From NCBI RefSeq assembly GCF_009914755.1, contig NC_060934.1: a DNA stretch of 64,000 nt; one strand, 5' to 3'. The notes beneath the pieces were generated by a model that saw nothing but the letters and a program-made list of their open reading frames with translations, ran no database searches and was not told the origin of the DNA. Each line of letters opens with the position of its first letter. Positions within the stretch are counted from its first letter, which is position 1. Positions 12,701-28,679 of this stretch are shown piece after piece. Made by a program: the position numbers and the translations under genes. This stretch comes from the human T2T-CHM13v2.0 reference genome, Homo sapiens.

Positions 12701-15700
12701 AAACTCATCTCTGCCTAACTCATGAGATAAACAGTTGACATTCAGCACAAGAATCCAATAGTCCTAATCAGGTCATTGATGGTTAATGGTTAGGCATCCC
12801 AAGCGTTCCCCTCCCTTGAAAGGTGGCCTCACTGCCATCCTGTGGTATGGCTGTGCTCAGAAAAGAGGGATTGCGTAAAGAACCATCCAGAATTCTGCAC
12901 TTCTGCCCCAAGCACAGGGCATGGTAGCAGGTCAGAGTAGTCTACAGTCTTCGCCCCCTATACTCCACACCCCTGCCCACCACAAACATCCAGGCTTCCT
13001 CAGAGACCTCTCTGGACTAGATGCAACATCAACTATGACCTCAAACTCCTGGATCCTTTCAACAGGGATTTCCTGAGCACCTACTCAGTGCCAGGACTGT
13101 GCCAAGCCCCAGAGGCACAGGAGCAAAACAGAAACCTGGTCCCTGCCCCAGGGACTCAGGAGGGGCCACCGACTCCAGGCCCGAACCCAGCACTCAGCCC
13201 CCGCCCCACTGTTGCCCAAACCACCGAATGACTGTGCCACAAGGTCCCAAGCAAACTCTGGGGCCAAGGCCTGTACCCACGCCTCACGTAGAGACGGGTA
13301 GTGTGCAGGTCACAGTGCCCCACAGCTGGCCTGAGGTTTCTGGAAGCATGGTGTCTGTTAGGACGAGTGAACGCCCTCTGCCTCACAGACACTCCCTCGG
13401 CACCCATGCTGACGGCCTTCTCAAAATGGGCCCGTCACATGGGTACCCAGGAAATGTCCCACCCTTCTCCCCACACTCTGCCCCTCCTCCCAACACTCTG
13501 GCCCCCTTCAGAAGGGGTGACTTACCATGGGGGTGCTAAAAGTGGGACCCACAGAAGCCGAGCTGTATCAGAAGCCGAGCTAAAGCCACAGCCCTGGGGA
13601 TCACGCCCACCCCTCGGAGGCATCCAGACACAGCTCAGATACCCCAGGGCAAGCCCCCTCTCCTAGCCTGACACTCCCTAGAGCACCACGGCACTGCCTC
13701 GGGGTATCAGTCAGTATGTGGGAAGGGGAGGACTCTCAATGGTAGGACCACAAGGAAGACATGTAGCTGTTTCCCAGTCCCTGAGCGGATGGCATGGAAA
13801 GTGGTGCCAGGGGCTTTCCCCACACATCCCATAGCAGATCCTCCCAACGATTTCAAGTTCAAGGGCAGCGGTCAAGGAAAAGCCTCGGGCAAAATCTTGT
13901 CAAGAAGCCAAATGCTCTGCCCCAAAACTGACCTGCCTACAGCAGCATGAGGCAGGATGGTGGCCCTTGACTCGAGGCCATGAGAAGCAGCCCAGAGGAC
14001 CCATGGGTTCCCTGAAGGACCAGGGACAGGCACTCAGCTGCCCGCCTCCTTTCCTGCGTACCACAGTGGCTCCTGGTTCACACACCCCCAGCCACCCTCA
14101 GTGCAGTCTCTGGCCACCTGTGTGTGAACACGGGCCACACCTGTGCTCTCCCACAAGGCGACATCCCGCTCCCTGGCCTTCCCAACCCTCCTCTGCCCCG
14201 ACTCTCTTCAGTTGCAGTGAGGACGCGCAGTACAACGCATTGTAACGGGGGCAGTGGGGGGTGGCACTGGGATGGCCGCCAGCTGGCTCTGCAGGAAGAG
14301 GTCATGTGCAGTCCTGGGGGCTGCTGGGGGTAAAGACAGGCATCCCTGAGCAAACGGCAGTGGGAGATGCCACCTCTCCTCACTTCTCAACTCTGCCACC
14401 GAGCACCACACAGTGGGGTACACGTGTGACCCATGCCCTCTAACAAGGACTTCAGGCTGCTACCATGACAGCACAGCTCAACGTTGCCTGGGACGGCACC
14501 CCCCAAGCCCACCATATTAATTACGCGCCTGGCCAGCCTTTAAGGACAAACCCACCCTGAGAAAGGCCAAGCTCACTGGGCATGAAGCAGTGTGGAGTCT
14601 AAGTTTGGTTGGCACATGGGGAAAAGAAATACAATAAAATGACAACGTCTACCAAAGGGCTGAGTGTCAGATACACACTGGACAGGAATGAACAGGGTGT
14701 ACCCGAGAGGTTGTCACTTTAGCATTGCTGGATTATTCCTTCCCGAGATTCAATTCCACCAACTATTGCCTAGTAATAAATAAACCATATTAATTAGCTT
14801 GGAAACAATTATCCTTTATTCAGGGAAGGAAAAAACAACAACCCCGAAAGCTAATTCTTTCCATGTCCCTATACAGCCACGTTGGCACAGAGGCACTTCA
14901 GGTGAAATCAACACTTCATTATGACCCCCTGATGCCCAAGAGTCTCAACTCTGAGAAGAAAAATGCCCTCTAGGCAGAAACTTTACATACACAGTCTTTG
15001 TCAGAGAGTGTTTATGGAAATTTTACAATATTAAATATATTCAGCTGGTTTTAAGAATGTAAAAAGGCCCAACAGCCAAGATTTTAGAACTCGTCTTCCA
15101 ATAGAAGGCCAACCAGTGGAAAACTGGAAGGGAAGTCTTGGAATCCTGCCACTTTTTAAAGAAAAATAAAATAGGATATGTTTCCAGTGTTGTCTCAGAT
15201 GTAGTCAATTAATGTGACCATTCCCCTGCTCTTTCAGCTTTCAGCTTTTCTAGATGACAGGGCCAACGGACTTGAGACGAGCTGGGTGACAAGGAGGAAC
15301 TTGAAGCCCTTGCGGCATTAGCTAGGCTTCTAGAAGTGCCCCATCCGAAGTGGCTCCAGGACGGAGAAATAAACAAGGGCGTGAGATGGGAGAATGCCAG
15401 ATGGGAGTCCTGGCAACAACTGGAGAAAGGAACAAGGAACAAATTGATAAACGGGTGCTGCTGATCGGGGCTGCCATGGGCCAAGTTTTGAAAGGGGGGA
15501 AGAAAAGTGGATCCACGAGCAAGCAGCCCACACAACGACGTCATTTTGTGAATTCAAGCTGCATTCCCACACCCAAAGCTGCCCGTGGGCCATGGAAGCA
15601 GAGGCAGCCGGTGTGAGCAACTGGACCTGAGGCTCATGGGGCCTGGCTGCACCCCCACACACCTGTACCTGAGTGGGGCACGACAGTCCTACTTACAGAC

Positions 15701-16569
15701 AAGCCAGGAAATCACCTGAACTTGAAAGAGACCAGTGCAGTGGAGGCGGTGGGGGGTGGGAGGGGGGGATGGGGAACGCTTAAAATCAGCCTGGCTCAGA
15801 GGGAAGCCTGGCCCTGAGGTCCCCGCAAAGGCGCGCAGCTCCGAAAGACAAGTAGAAAACACATCCCAACTCAGAAGCACTTGAAGGTATCCGTCTCTAG
15901 TCTTCCATGGTTCCACACTGTAAGTGGACAAGGCGGCTGCTGGTGGAGGTGCACACACCCCTGTGAGATGGTCAGGAACCTGCCAGAAGGAGCGGACATA
16001 GGAGATGGCTCACTCCAACTGGTGGCCACTACTAACCAGCTGGGGCATCCTGGTGTCAGGCTCCGGTCTTGCTTTCTCCCTGATAGGGTGACCAAGAGGG
16101 GTTTTCTGAGCTCCTTTCCACAGGGTATCCCAAGGACACCTGATCTAACAAGGGCCAGACTATATATTTACTATAGGCCCTACACAGGGCCAGAAGGTGA
16201 GCAGAGGGGTCTTCAGACATTCAGAGCACACACCCATACCACAGCGAGAGATGGAACCTCTAAAGCTGGCAGGTTTTAATGCAAGATCCCCTGACCAAAA
16301 GCAGGATGCTGGCTGCTCTGAGGAGTCAGCGAGGGTGTGACCCCCACTCCCACTGCGGTGGAAGGAGTGGGCATCTTTTCTGTAAACTTGAGATTCCATG
16401 CCCCACTCCACTCTCCCCCTAGGGAATCCTTAGAAAAGTGGTCAAGATGTACCAGACCATGCTGGAAACCAGAGTAGGATAAATTTTCTCCTGATAGAGC
16501 TGTACAGGGATATGTCAGACACTATCCATCTCAACAATTATGTATTTACTAAAAGTATTTCAAAATACT

Positions 16570-16845
16570 TCAAAGACATAGGAAAAATACTTATAGGTCA
16601 AATGGAAAATAAACTATGAAACATGTATTCAAATCTCACATATTTTAAAACATTCTTCAGTGAATCTCATTTTTAGTATATACGTATATGCATAAGAGAC
16701 AGAATAGATCCAAAGTGTTATTCTCCATGCTAAGATTAAAAAGGATTTTTACAATGTGTAACATAACTATCATTTACTTATTTCTTATACTTTCCTGTAT
16801 TTTTCTATTTTCTGCAAAGAGCATGATTTCCTATAATATGGAAAA
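16570..16845 (+). mobile_element. Ancient L1 (L1ME-like) 3' fragment
   Basis: AT-rich sequence ending ttttcttatactttcctgtatttttctattttctgcaaagagcatg…aaaaa, typical of old L1 3' ends. Confidence 0.5.
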
Positions 16846-17345
16846 ATGTGAGCTGTGAGCTCCTGTCAGGAGGGCTCTGAAGCTGGGGTGCAGAAAGTGA
16901 GCTGCTGCCTGGGCTGCTTTGCCTTGCAGGTTTTCGGGCCACACCAACATTGTAAAGTGGCCCCATTTAGGATGTAAGTCCCTGCGTGGCTGCTGTACTA
17001 CAAAGGTGGGTTTTGAAAAAAGCCAAGTGTCCCTCCACCCTCATGCAAGTTCGATACAGAAAAGGATGTTCTCTTGGGGATTTCAATGCAGATGTCTCAA
17101 TTCCAATAGCCAATCAACCTGGGAGAGAATTGGTGGGCTGGAGAGACACAGCGAGAATCCCTTGCCCCAGCGAGGATCTAGGACCCCGACTGATGCCGGG
17201 AAAGAGGCACAGCCAAAGCCTTGTCAGGGCTCAGCCAAAGGAGACTTCCCAGTGGGCTCCAGCCAAGTCCTTGACCACAGATTAGACTCCAGCAGGATGA
17301 GCAGGAAGATGAGCAGGAAGTGGCATTTAAAAACAAATGACGTGA

Positions 17346-18148
<803 letters not shown>

Positions 18149-19924
18149 TAAGGAGCCCTTGGGTGAGGCTGTGAGTCACCCCAGGAGAGTGTTCTCTCCC
18201 TCTGCTTTCTCTTCTTCCCCCAGGAGCCCAGGTGTGGTCACCTGTACCTCCCTCATGGGGCCACAGCGGGAAGCACAGGCAATACCAATGCACAGCGCTC
18301 AGCGTGGCGCCTGGCACGCCAGAGGCACCCAAGTGTTAGCTGTATCATATACCAAATGCTTTACTCACACGGCTTGGTGAATTCGAGAATCCACAGTCCT
18401 GGAAAGAAAAGAGGCCTGAAGGAAACCGGGTTCTATTTAATTTTAAACTGAATTATGAACCCAAACCTCAAGGTTGGGGGAGATTTCAATTGAAAATGAA
18501 GAGTATCCTTGCTGTGGAATGGAGCAGCAGCTAAACCCACCATGTACAAACTACTCACTTTTCAGACTCTGTACTTTAAAAAATCCATTTCAAGGCTATG
18601 TATGTCACAGAAAATAGCATATGAAGAAACTCTGCAAACACAGCCATGAAGGAAGCACCCAAAGACAGAACTGAATTCCCGGGTCCAAAATATATTCCCT
18701 CTAGAAGCAACTCATTCTATTTTTAAGAATTAATCACAGTGCCAAACGAATACAACAACATCTAGAAATGGGGAAAAAGGCCTGCGTCCCCCAGACCATC
18801 AGCAACAAACTCCTTTCCACCTTGCGCCACACCACGCTGTCACCCAGGCTCAAGAAACACATCACGGAGGTGAAACCTCCCAAACAGCAGCCCCTTCACA
18901 TTCAGCCAAAGTGAGTTCCGACCACCCAACTCTGATGGTCCTCGATGCAGGTGACGCAGCCTCTTACCAGGGGAATCTGGGATGGGAGAGAAAAGCCAAA
19001 CTCCAGACCAACCTGCGGCCCACCCTAACCCAGGCCTGTGAACCAAGAGACCTTCCAGTCCTGGCTCCCCAAAAAGCAAAGGGCACTTGCCTACAATCAG
19101 CAGCAGGGCTGGCTTTAGTCTTGATTCAGGAAAAAAAATAACTGCAGAGCCCCTAAAGGACATAGAAATATTATCTATTGATTCATGCGCATCAAGTCAC
19201 TAACACTGGGAATCCTGAACTAACTTACACACGTATGTAACTGCTCAGCCGCATTTCTGCAGTTTGGAAAGAATGGACAACCTTTCAGCATGGATGTTCA
19301 TGAGGGTAGCAATTCACAAATGCTGTTCTCACATGATGAACATATAAATACACACAAGTATGTATGTTCAAAATGCAGGGCAAGCGTGCTTTCTGAATGA
19401 ACAACTCAACATTTTCACTGTGAGATTAGATTCTTGGGACTTGTAATTTTACAGTTTTCACTGAAGCATGCCAAAGCCACATAGGTGCAACAGGCCTTCC
19501 TCCTAAAGAAACCATGCCAGCACAGCCCTCACTTGCCTGGTGCACCGGGCCTGCACCACACGTATTATTATTCTGAGAGCATGAGCGCCAAGAAAGAAAA
19601 CCGAGACTCAAAAGCCCAAGGGCTGTTTCTTCATGTTTCAGTCAATGTACACTGTGCAAACACATGCAACACAGATGAACAAAACTCACAAGGTGAAGGG
19701 GGTTCTTCCACTCTTTCCAAAATCAGCCAAGCCAACTGGTACAAAAGTCACTCCCAATACGACCCCATGGACATCTGCTGAGACGCGACGAGGTAAGAGG
19801 GGGCTGTCGACATGACCAGCTCTACTTGTCACCAAGCAAGGGTCCTGTCACTCTCGGGTTTCCATGATGGATTTCCTCTTCCGCAGTGTTCTGGTCTAAG
19901 GCTGGGTCAAAAATCTTCCAGTCA

Positions 19925-20550
19925 ATACACAGAAACCAACCAGCCATACATACAACAACTTGAATGAATCTCAAAGGGAATTAAGCCAAGTGAAAAATCC
20001 CAATCCTCAAAGGCGGCAATGCTGTAAGGTTCCATTTATATAACATTCTTAAATGACACTGGAGAGATGGTGAACGGATTAGTGGTTGCCAGGCTTAGAG
20101 ACCAGGAAGTAGGTAGGACACGCCAACTCCAGAACTTTCTTTGAGCAAACTGGGTCTTAGAAGCTGGTCAGCTGTGTCTACCCATGTGTGTCGACCATGT
20201 GCTTCAGCTGGGGACCGTCCTGGCCACCTCAAGTGGATATGACTATAAAAGGGCAACGGGGGGATTCTTGGGCTGGTACAAATAGAGACCTACCCGTGCT
20301 AAAATTGCACAGACTAAATACACAGCCAAATGAGTGCATGTTACACTAGGGATTTCTGAATAGTATCCATGGATTCTATCCACGTCAATTTCTCCGCTGT
20401 GTTGCTGTTACCAGAACTCTGCACAATGTTACAACTGGAGGGCACCAGGGAAAGGGTTTAAGGGACCTCCTGTATTACCTTCTCCTACCCTGTGAATTCA
20501 TTCTGTATGTGAATCTGCAATTACTTCAAAATAAGTTTAATTTTTAAAAT
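19925..20550 (+). mobile_element. L1M (L1MC/L1MD-like) 3' region fragment
   Basis: atacaacaacttgaatgaatctcaaaggg…ttccatttatataacattctt…attagtggttgccagg…gtatgtgaatctgcaattacttcaaaataa. Confidence 0.7.
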
Positions 20551-23500
20551 AACAGATTTGTCATTTTTTGGTTTATGTGGTTTAGCTCATGCTGGGCACT
20601 AAGTAGGGCAATTCCTTTCTTTAGGGGATCAGCGCTTACAAGGAGGGGCCATGAGGAGCTGGCCCTGTTGACACTGCTTACGCACTCAACTGGGATCTGT
20701 GTCCTCCGGCTCCCCAGGGGCCCCGGGGTGCATTCTGTCTCTCGAGAAGCCAGAGCTCACAATTCCTGAACCCTGACCTTCTCTCACTGGAGCTGGCAGA
20801 GATGCTCGTGCTACGTCAATTCTTTCCTGGGAGCGGGCATGACTGACTCATTGTTCTCTCCCAGGTGCTGCCAGCTGCCCAGGCCTCCCAGGGCCACACC
20901 CAACAGAGGGCACGTTCCCTGACAGAGCAGCCCTGGAGGACAGACCAGCAGAGAAAACCAGCCCCCGGGGCAGCTCTGTGCTGGGCAAGTGCCTCTCTGG
21001 TGGGTAACAACTTCAGGACTCCCTGACCCAGTCTGGCTAAATCGAAACTACAGAGCAGGCTGGAACAGGCCAAGACTGTCCCCAGCTGACATACACAGTT
21101 GTACGCTGGGCTGGCCGGCTTCCAACACCCAGCTTGCTCAAAGAAAGTTCTAGAGCTGGAGTGTGCTAGCAGATAGCCAGGGTCAGGGGAGACCCAGAGC
21201 TACGCCCCTGCTTCTCGAGCCTGGGGACCTTGCTGGTGCCCTCAAATGCCACACCAGCCTTTTGTATCACCCGAAAGGTCTTTGTGGCACTCTGTGTCTT
21301 TTCCTGGGCCTCCCCTGCTGCCTCCCTTTTAGGAAGGGCTGGCATACTCGACGCTAGCACTCCCGGTAACTCCCCGCTGGTTCAAAGAATCCAAAAGAAA
21401 ACTGCAGGAGCGTCTTTGCTGTTTCCGCCTTTATTATCTTCAAGGTTCCACGTTTTTTCAGTTCATTCGACAATTTACTATCTGTCAGCAACAATAATAA
21501 AAGTACCTCCATCTCCCAAAATGTGCCACTAGGTACACGTGTATAGATAAAAAATAAGCAGATTTTAATAATACTATTTTTTGAAATTCTATAAACCCTT
21601 AAACAGTCATTTACCAAAAAAGCTGAATCACTTTCAAATCATCAACATTGCTTAGCTTTAAAGCTGCTTAAAACACACACAAACCAGTGACTCTTCCACA
21701 CAAACAAAAATTATATTCTACATACATTAAATATATAATTTGATTAAACATATTTATGTCTTTGTGATGACATTTAAAATAGAAGTAATCATTTTCTTTT
21801 TTAAAACAAAAACTCTTTCAATTATAATTCAAAGCTGTCAAACCAATCTTCTGCTACAGATCTTTTAAATGTCACATACCTTCAAAAGGGGATGGCAGTT
21901 TCCTTTTAAATATGCAATTCCAAACAGTGCCTTCTGAATCAAGAATGTATTAAAATACACCGCTGGCATTTATCTCGATGAAGTATCGCCCTCTGCCCCC
22001 TCCCTCCTGATAGATATGTACAGACGCACGGCACTCAGATGTGTTTCTCCCCAGTGTAACTTGGGAGCGGTTGGTGCCACTGCCACTGGCTGTAGCCACA
22101 GGGCTCAACACCAAGTCACACTCCTAACACCTTAAGGGGACAGAGGTATCCTCTCATGATTCTTCCAGTTTTCTTCCCAGATGGCTTGCTGAACTCTGTG
22201 TAACCCAATGTTGGCGGAGCATCAACAGCCCAATCGTAAGACAGCGTTAATCACATGCAAAAAAACCTCCAAACTCATTCTCATAAGTCAATGACCTACA
22301 TATTCAATTGCTTATTTGCCATCCGAGTAGCAAACACCATGCTATATTTAAACACAGAGCTTAGATATATCTTTCTTCTAAAATGCTCAGAGAGACAGAT
22401 ATAAGCCTTATATTTCAGCCCTCTTCTCAACTTTAGGAAAGCAAACCTTGTCAATATCCGGTGTTTGGGAATCTCTGAAGACAACAGTCTGGTCTATTCT
22501 GCCATTGTCTTAGTAAGGAGGTACTAAGCATCATTTTCATAAAAAGCAAACATCCCCGCTGGAACTTAAGTCAATTGAAGCTTGCCTTCTTAGCACCTGA
22601 CAAACAGTGCTCAGATAATGGCTCCGAGTGAGTTAAGCATGGGTCATATGCATGTCACATACTCACTGTCCCAAAACCAGTCAACAGTGATAGAGTGAAT
22701 GGGACACTCAGTGTCCAAAAACCAGTCAGCAGAGTGACCAGAGTGATGGGGATGCGAATGTTTCCTAACTGCTGTACCTCGGTAGCAGAGACGACATCCA
22801 GCAGAGATGACAGCAAAAACAGCAGAAAGCTCTTGAGATCTGGGCTAAGAAAGGGAGCCATAGCTCAGGGGCTGTCCCTCTGCCAGCCTCTTGGTATTTC
22901 ACTCAAATCAGAAGAAGTGTAAACAAGTCGGTCCCCGGATCCCCAACCAACGTTTGTTCAAGGGTGATGCTAAGAACATCGGAAGAAGTGTCAGGGCTGA
23001 GCATTCGAGAAACCAAATAGATGACATGCCTAACCCAGTCTCAAGCCAAAGCCAGTGCCGTCCACCTAAGAAGCAGGAGTGGACTGAGGTTGCGGGAAGG
23101 CAAGGAGGAGCCCAGGGCTCTGGCCTGTACCACTAGACCGCAGTGCAGCGGTGGCCTGGGAGAGGCCCGCTGGACACACTTCGCAATGGGCCAGTTCAGC
23201 TGCTGGTGCTTTCCTGCCTTGTCCAACTATGTGACCTCAGGCAAGTCACTTAGCCTCTCAGAAGCTCACCTGGCAGGGTCGAGAGGAATGCTACCTAGCA
23301 AGACGCTGTGATTCTCGGTAACTTAAGTTCTAATTCCACTTAAAAATAGGCAGTCATGAAACTTAACGACCAAAGCCAAACTCAAAAGTCACTGGGACTT
23401 AAAAGACATCAAGAGTTAAGGGGCTTCTCTCTTTGGGTTCAGGCTAGAATTCTCTTCCTTGGGTGCTGAACTCCGTTCCTAGCGTATGGATAGGAAGCAC

Positions 23501-23948
23501 CAGAAAATGCCATCCGCAAGGCCAGGCCCCACAAACTGACGTGTGGTACAGCTGAGGATGGGGATGGCAAAGGCAGAAAGCCACAGATGAACCGAAATAC
23601 ATGGCAGGGCCAGGCCCGTCAATCAGGACAAGCCACGTACTTGTTCCTTCCCTGTTAGGGCAGATGTGCTCGCACCTCCCGGCCTCGGCCCCAGAGAAGC
23701 TACTATCTGCTCCCCTAGGCGCCAACATTCCTTATTTGATCCTTGCCATCAAGCTTTTATTCTGATCACCACCCCCCGCTATACAGACACACATATACAC
23801 ATCTATAGCTATTTCCACATTTCCACACCACATTCACATCTTCCACATACACACACATCCAAAAGAGCTGCGTGCACTTCTGATGGTCAAAGCCTATAGC
23901 CCATTCTCAGCTGCCATCTGTCTTGCCTGCTGCACCACACACGTGCAT

Positions 23949-23985
23949 ACACACACACATTCTCTCTCTCTCTCTCTCTCTCTCT
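23949..23985. repeat. Compound (AC)n-(TC)n microsatellite
   Basis: acacacacaca followed by about 12 TC units. Confidence 0.9.
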
Positions 23986-25739
23986 ACTCTACTCTGTCCA
24001 TCCCAATACTGCATCAACTGTGAACAAGCCAGGTACTATTAAGTAAGGAAGGCTGGAAATTAAATGAGACATAACTTTGTCCTCAAGGAGTTCAAACAAG
24101 AAACAGCCGAGTGTTACACGAAGTAGGCACGGACGAAGGAGGGATGGCAACTCTGCCTCAGCCCCATGCACATGCTCTCAAATCAAAGGCACTCCAGAGG
24201 CTCCTTACCACCTGCCTTCTAGATACTTCTGTCCAACTGCATGTTCCATCAACCCCTCCAACTCTGCTCACCCGCAACCACTGACATCACTGCCTCACCC
24301 CTTGCAGTGCTCATCAACAACCCAAACAAGCCCAATCCTGCCCTGATCTCATGTCTGTGTCACTGGAACCAACAGGCCTGCCTCAACCACTGTCCACCTG
24401 CACATCTGAGAGGCTGGCAGGTCACCGGGGCTAGCCGTGCACGTCAGTTCCTGGGAAGAAAGTAGAATGTGAATCATCTTCTCTCAAACGCCTATCAAAA
24501 GCCCAGCTGAGATCAATAATTTTTTGGGAGAACAGACCTGTACCAATTGGCTCGGTGTTTGGTGAGGTATTGTAAATTTGATCCTAAATCAAAGGGTATC
24601 CCTAGAAGGACCCACATGGAATGGCCTCCTCTAAACATCCCTCCATGTTGTACTTCTGACTCTTTCCAGCAATCTCAAGCACAAGAAGCAGTTGTGGGAA
24701 CCCAGGCCTGGCATCTGTTGGCAGCCCATGGTTGGTGGTAGAGCACTTTACAGCCATCACTATGCCCTATACGCACCTCCCTGTGGCAAGCTGTTTCCCT
24801 GAAGGACACACGTCATCCCTCCCTAAACTCAGAGAGAGCTGCCCAACTTAAGTTATCTGTTACAGCAACTGTCGTGAAATTTTTGGTTGCTGTATTTGCA
24901 TTTTAAAATCAATTTTGGCCCTCCCCCAATCTCAACCCCTATTACGGCATCCTATTTTTTGAGTCCTCAAAGAACTTTCCTGAAAGAGGTAGGATATAAA
25001 TACATAAAATGGAATCCACTTAAGAGAACATTCTAGTAACCCTATAAAACATGCTTCTAAAAGTAATGACCCCAGAGACTTGGAAGAGCTGGCTGCAGCT
25101 TCCTGAGGCCCATGAGGCTAGCACACCCAGATGCCGGGTTCTGGGGTGGCCCAGCTCATGGTGAGGCTGCTCTGGGAGCAGCTGTCTAGAATACCTACTT
25201 AGCCAAGTGTCCATCCTCACACGGAAGCAAACTAGGACAGCATGTGCTACCATGTGACCATCAGTAGGCTCCAAAAGTCCACTTCTGTCAGTCATGAATG
25301 CAAAACAGTGGGCACAGATGTCAGAAAGAACCAGGAACACACCAGGTACCAAAGGCCACGACCTTCATTCTTGACTTACTAGCCTGGAGCTTCATCAGAG
25401 AGCATGGTATTTTGGGGACAAGAGGAAGCAGGGGAAGGGAGAGACATTGGGAGGCGGGGGGAAGGAATGAAGGAACAAGAATTGTTCAGAATAGCCAGGA
25501 AAAGCAAGAGAAACAGGCCCCACCCTAATATAGAGGACACAGCTACATCTTCCAGAGCATGTGAACTCCACAGCCCACGCCCAGCAGAGCCAACGGTGCA
25601 GACCCCTGCCCCCATCCTGCTAGTAGGGAGGTGGGGGTCAAGGGAGAGGAGGGGGCCCTACCCACTCACCCTCCCATCCCACTCCACCACCCAAGCAGAA
25701 AGCCAACGTTCTGTAGGGTGGTTTAAAAAATAGCTGACT

Positions 25740-26480
25740 TCCATACATGATCAGTGGAAGCATAAAATGTTATAACCACTTTGTAAGACTAAACATACAC
25801 CTACTCCATGACCCAGCAATTCCATTTCTAGGAACTTACCCAAGAGAAATGAAATCATATGTCCACAAAAAGACATGCATGAGAATGGTTCATAGCTACT
25901 TGCTCAGAATAGCGAAAAGCTGGAAACAGCCCAAGTGTCCATTAATGGGTGAGCGGGTAAAGAAACTGCGGTCGAGTCATTCAGTGGAATACTACTCAGA
26001 AGTAAAAAGGAACAAGAGAATAATCTGGCCCAAAATGTCTTAAAAATCTCAAATACATCATGTGTGTGGCAAGAAAAAAGCTTCATGCAAAAAGGTACAT
26101 GTGTCATAATATACATACATATTAAATTGTATGTATACATGTATATGCTGTGTATAATGTACATACATGTATTATGTAGTATTACATGAAATTCTAGAAC
26201 AGGCAAGACTACCTCTGTTGAAGGAAAAGAAACCAAAACAGTGGTGGCCTGAGATGATCAGGGAGGTGAGGGTGGGGACAGCCTGGCAGGGCCCCAAGGG
26301 GACTTTCCGGAGTGACTGTAGCTCTTGGTAGGGCTTTGGGGGGTACGCAGGTATGTGCGTGTGTTAGAACTAACCAAATGGCACACTTAAGGTCATGCAT
26401 TTCATTTGACCTCATGCCCCTTCCCCACCAATCCCCACTTCCCTCCCAACACTTCCTCTAAGTTTTACCTCAAAGAAAAA
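25740..26480 (+). mobile_element. L1M (L1ME-like) ORF2 3' end / 3'UTR fragment
   Basis: gacccagcaattccatttctaggaacttacccaagagaaatgaaatcatatgtccacaaaaagacatgc…ctggaaacagcccaagtgtcc…; the translation HLLHDPAIPFLGTYPREMKSYVHKKTC resembles the L1 ORF2 C-terminus. Confidence 0.88.
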
Positions 26481-27074
26481 ACAGAAAGAACCACAAACAG
26501 GTTGACCTTAGGTCATGAGACCCGTGCTCCAGGTGAAGATCTGAAATTCAGCCAAGAAATGTGGTCAAACAGAAGATGACCAGGGCTGGGGGCACAGTGT
26601 GTCCTGCCGAACCCGGGGGTGGTGTGCACATTCATTGTAGATGATCAGACCCACCTGTCCGGTTTTCCTAACAAGAGACTGAAAACAATACCAAGACAAC
26701 CTTCCAAAGGAGACTCCAAAACCTCAGCTGGGAACATTTTATTCAGAGCGATTCACAGGAGGCCTGTCTCTGGAAGGAGGAGCACAGAAACACCTGTGAG
26801 GACCAAGGCCCTGGAGGCACAGGGAGAATAACTACTCCAAGTCCAAGTCTGCAAACAGCACACGACAGAGCAGCAACCTCTGCCCGTGAGCTCAAGGAGG
26901 TCCAGGACACGGTCAGGGTTGTTTGTGCTAACGCAGGCTGATGAAACAGAGGACCCTGCACCGAAAAGGGCCCTCTGGGAAGAAAACCCCAGGACAATGA
27001 CATGTGCAACATGCTGGCTGTACAGGGCTTGGAAGCAGGGCAAAGAACCCCCAGGTATAGCCCACAGGATTTCT

Positions 27075-27398
<324 letters not shown>

Positions 27399-28679
27399 TA
27401 GCCTTCCCTTGCTGAGCCTCTTTGGAGGCAGGGCAGCCCTTGGCCACGGTTCCCCAAGAGCAAAGTGATTACCACAGGTCCACTTGGAAACACGCTGCCA
27501 AATGCCACACGACTTGGACGCAGCTGCTGTTAAATGCTGTGTCCTATAAAAGTGGGACTTCTCAATCTGAAGTTGCGTTCCCAGCTCAAGTCACACGTGG
27601 GCTGCACTTACAAGCCTCTCAAGAGGCCCAAGAAGCTTTTAAAGTATTAAGTATAGAAAATACATGCAACTTCCCAGTTAAAATATAGTGCGTGGACACT
27701 GGAAAAGGTCAATGCAGCCTCCACTCCATTTTCATTACTGATGCTTCACCCAGATGGTGGGGAAGGTACAATAAAAGCATATTTAGAGACCGACTGTACT
27801 GCCAGACAAGACTAGCGGAACTCTAACTCCCAGGTTGCCTTGATCTGAACAGGTTCTAGAAACTGCCAAGCATCGCCCCCTCATTTTAGAGGGAGGCACC
27901 CTGCCACCCAGAGAGGGCAAAGGGCTCGCTGTCCAAGCTGGAGAAAATCCCTGGGTATCGCCTCCGACCCACTGTATCTCAAATACGATGTGTGTTGGCT
28001 CGGCTCTTCCAAAAACCGAAGCCAAGACACGATCAGCTCTGGAAGAGACTTCTTGGGGAGGCAGACAGGCGGGGAGGCAGAGGGAGACGCAAGTCTGACA
28101 GCAGATGCAGATGAGATGGCAGGGAAGGCAGGAGGCTGGGGAGGAGGAGTCTTCACCTGCTGTCCCCGGCTGGGAGCAGCCCGCAGAGCGCAGGCTGTCT
28201 GGGAACGCCATGCTGGATTTCCACTGCGGGATTCAGAACGTAGCAGCTGGGGCCACCAGTCACTCACATTCCCAGAAGCAGAAGATCAGGAGCGTCTTCA
28301 TGGCTGCCACACCATGCCAGGTCATTGCTGCAATTTTACAGCCCGACTTGCTTCTAAACTTCTCCAACGTTTGAAAATCAGGCTTTAAGGGCACCTAGCC
28401 GAACCCAAAGTGTTTAGGTGGATGCCATTTGGGTAGGTGTGAGGCCCCCAAACAAGGGCAGAAGGGAGGGGCAGAATCTACAGGACTCAGTGAATAAATG
28501 AGCAAGAATGAGTGAAGTGAAGCCATGAGGTTCATTTAGGCTGGTGAATGGGAGACGGCGCTGCTTTCTATCTAACCCAAGCAAGTGTAGGACAGGGAGG
28601 GGGCAGCGGCGGGTTGGAACTACCCAACTCACTGTACTACTTACGTTCACATTGTCTGCTTTAACAAACAAGCCTAAAA

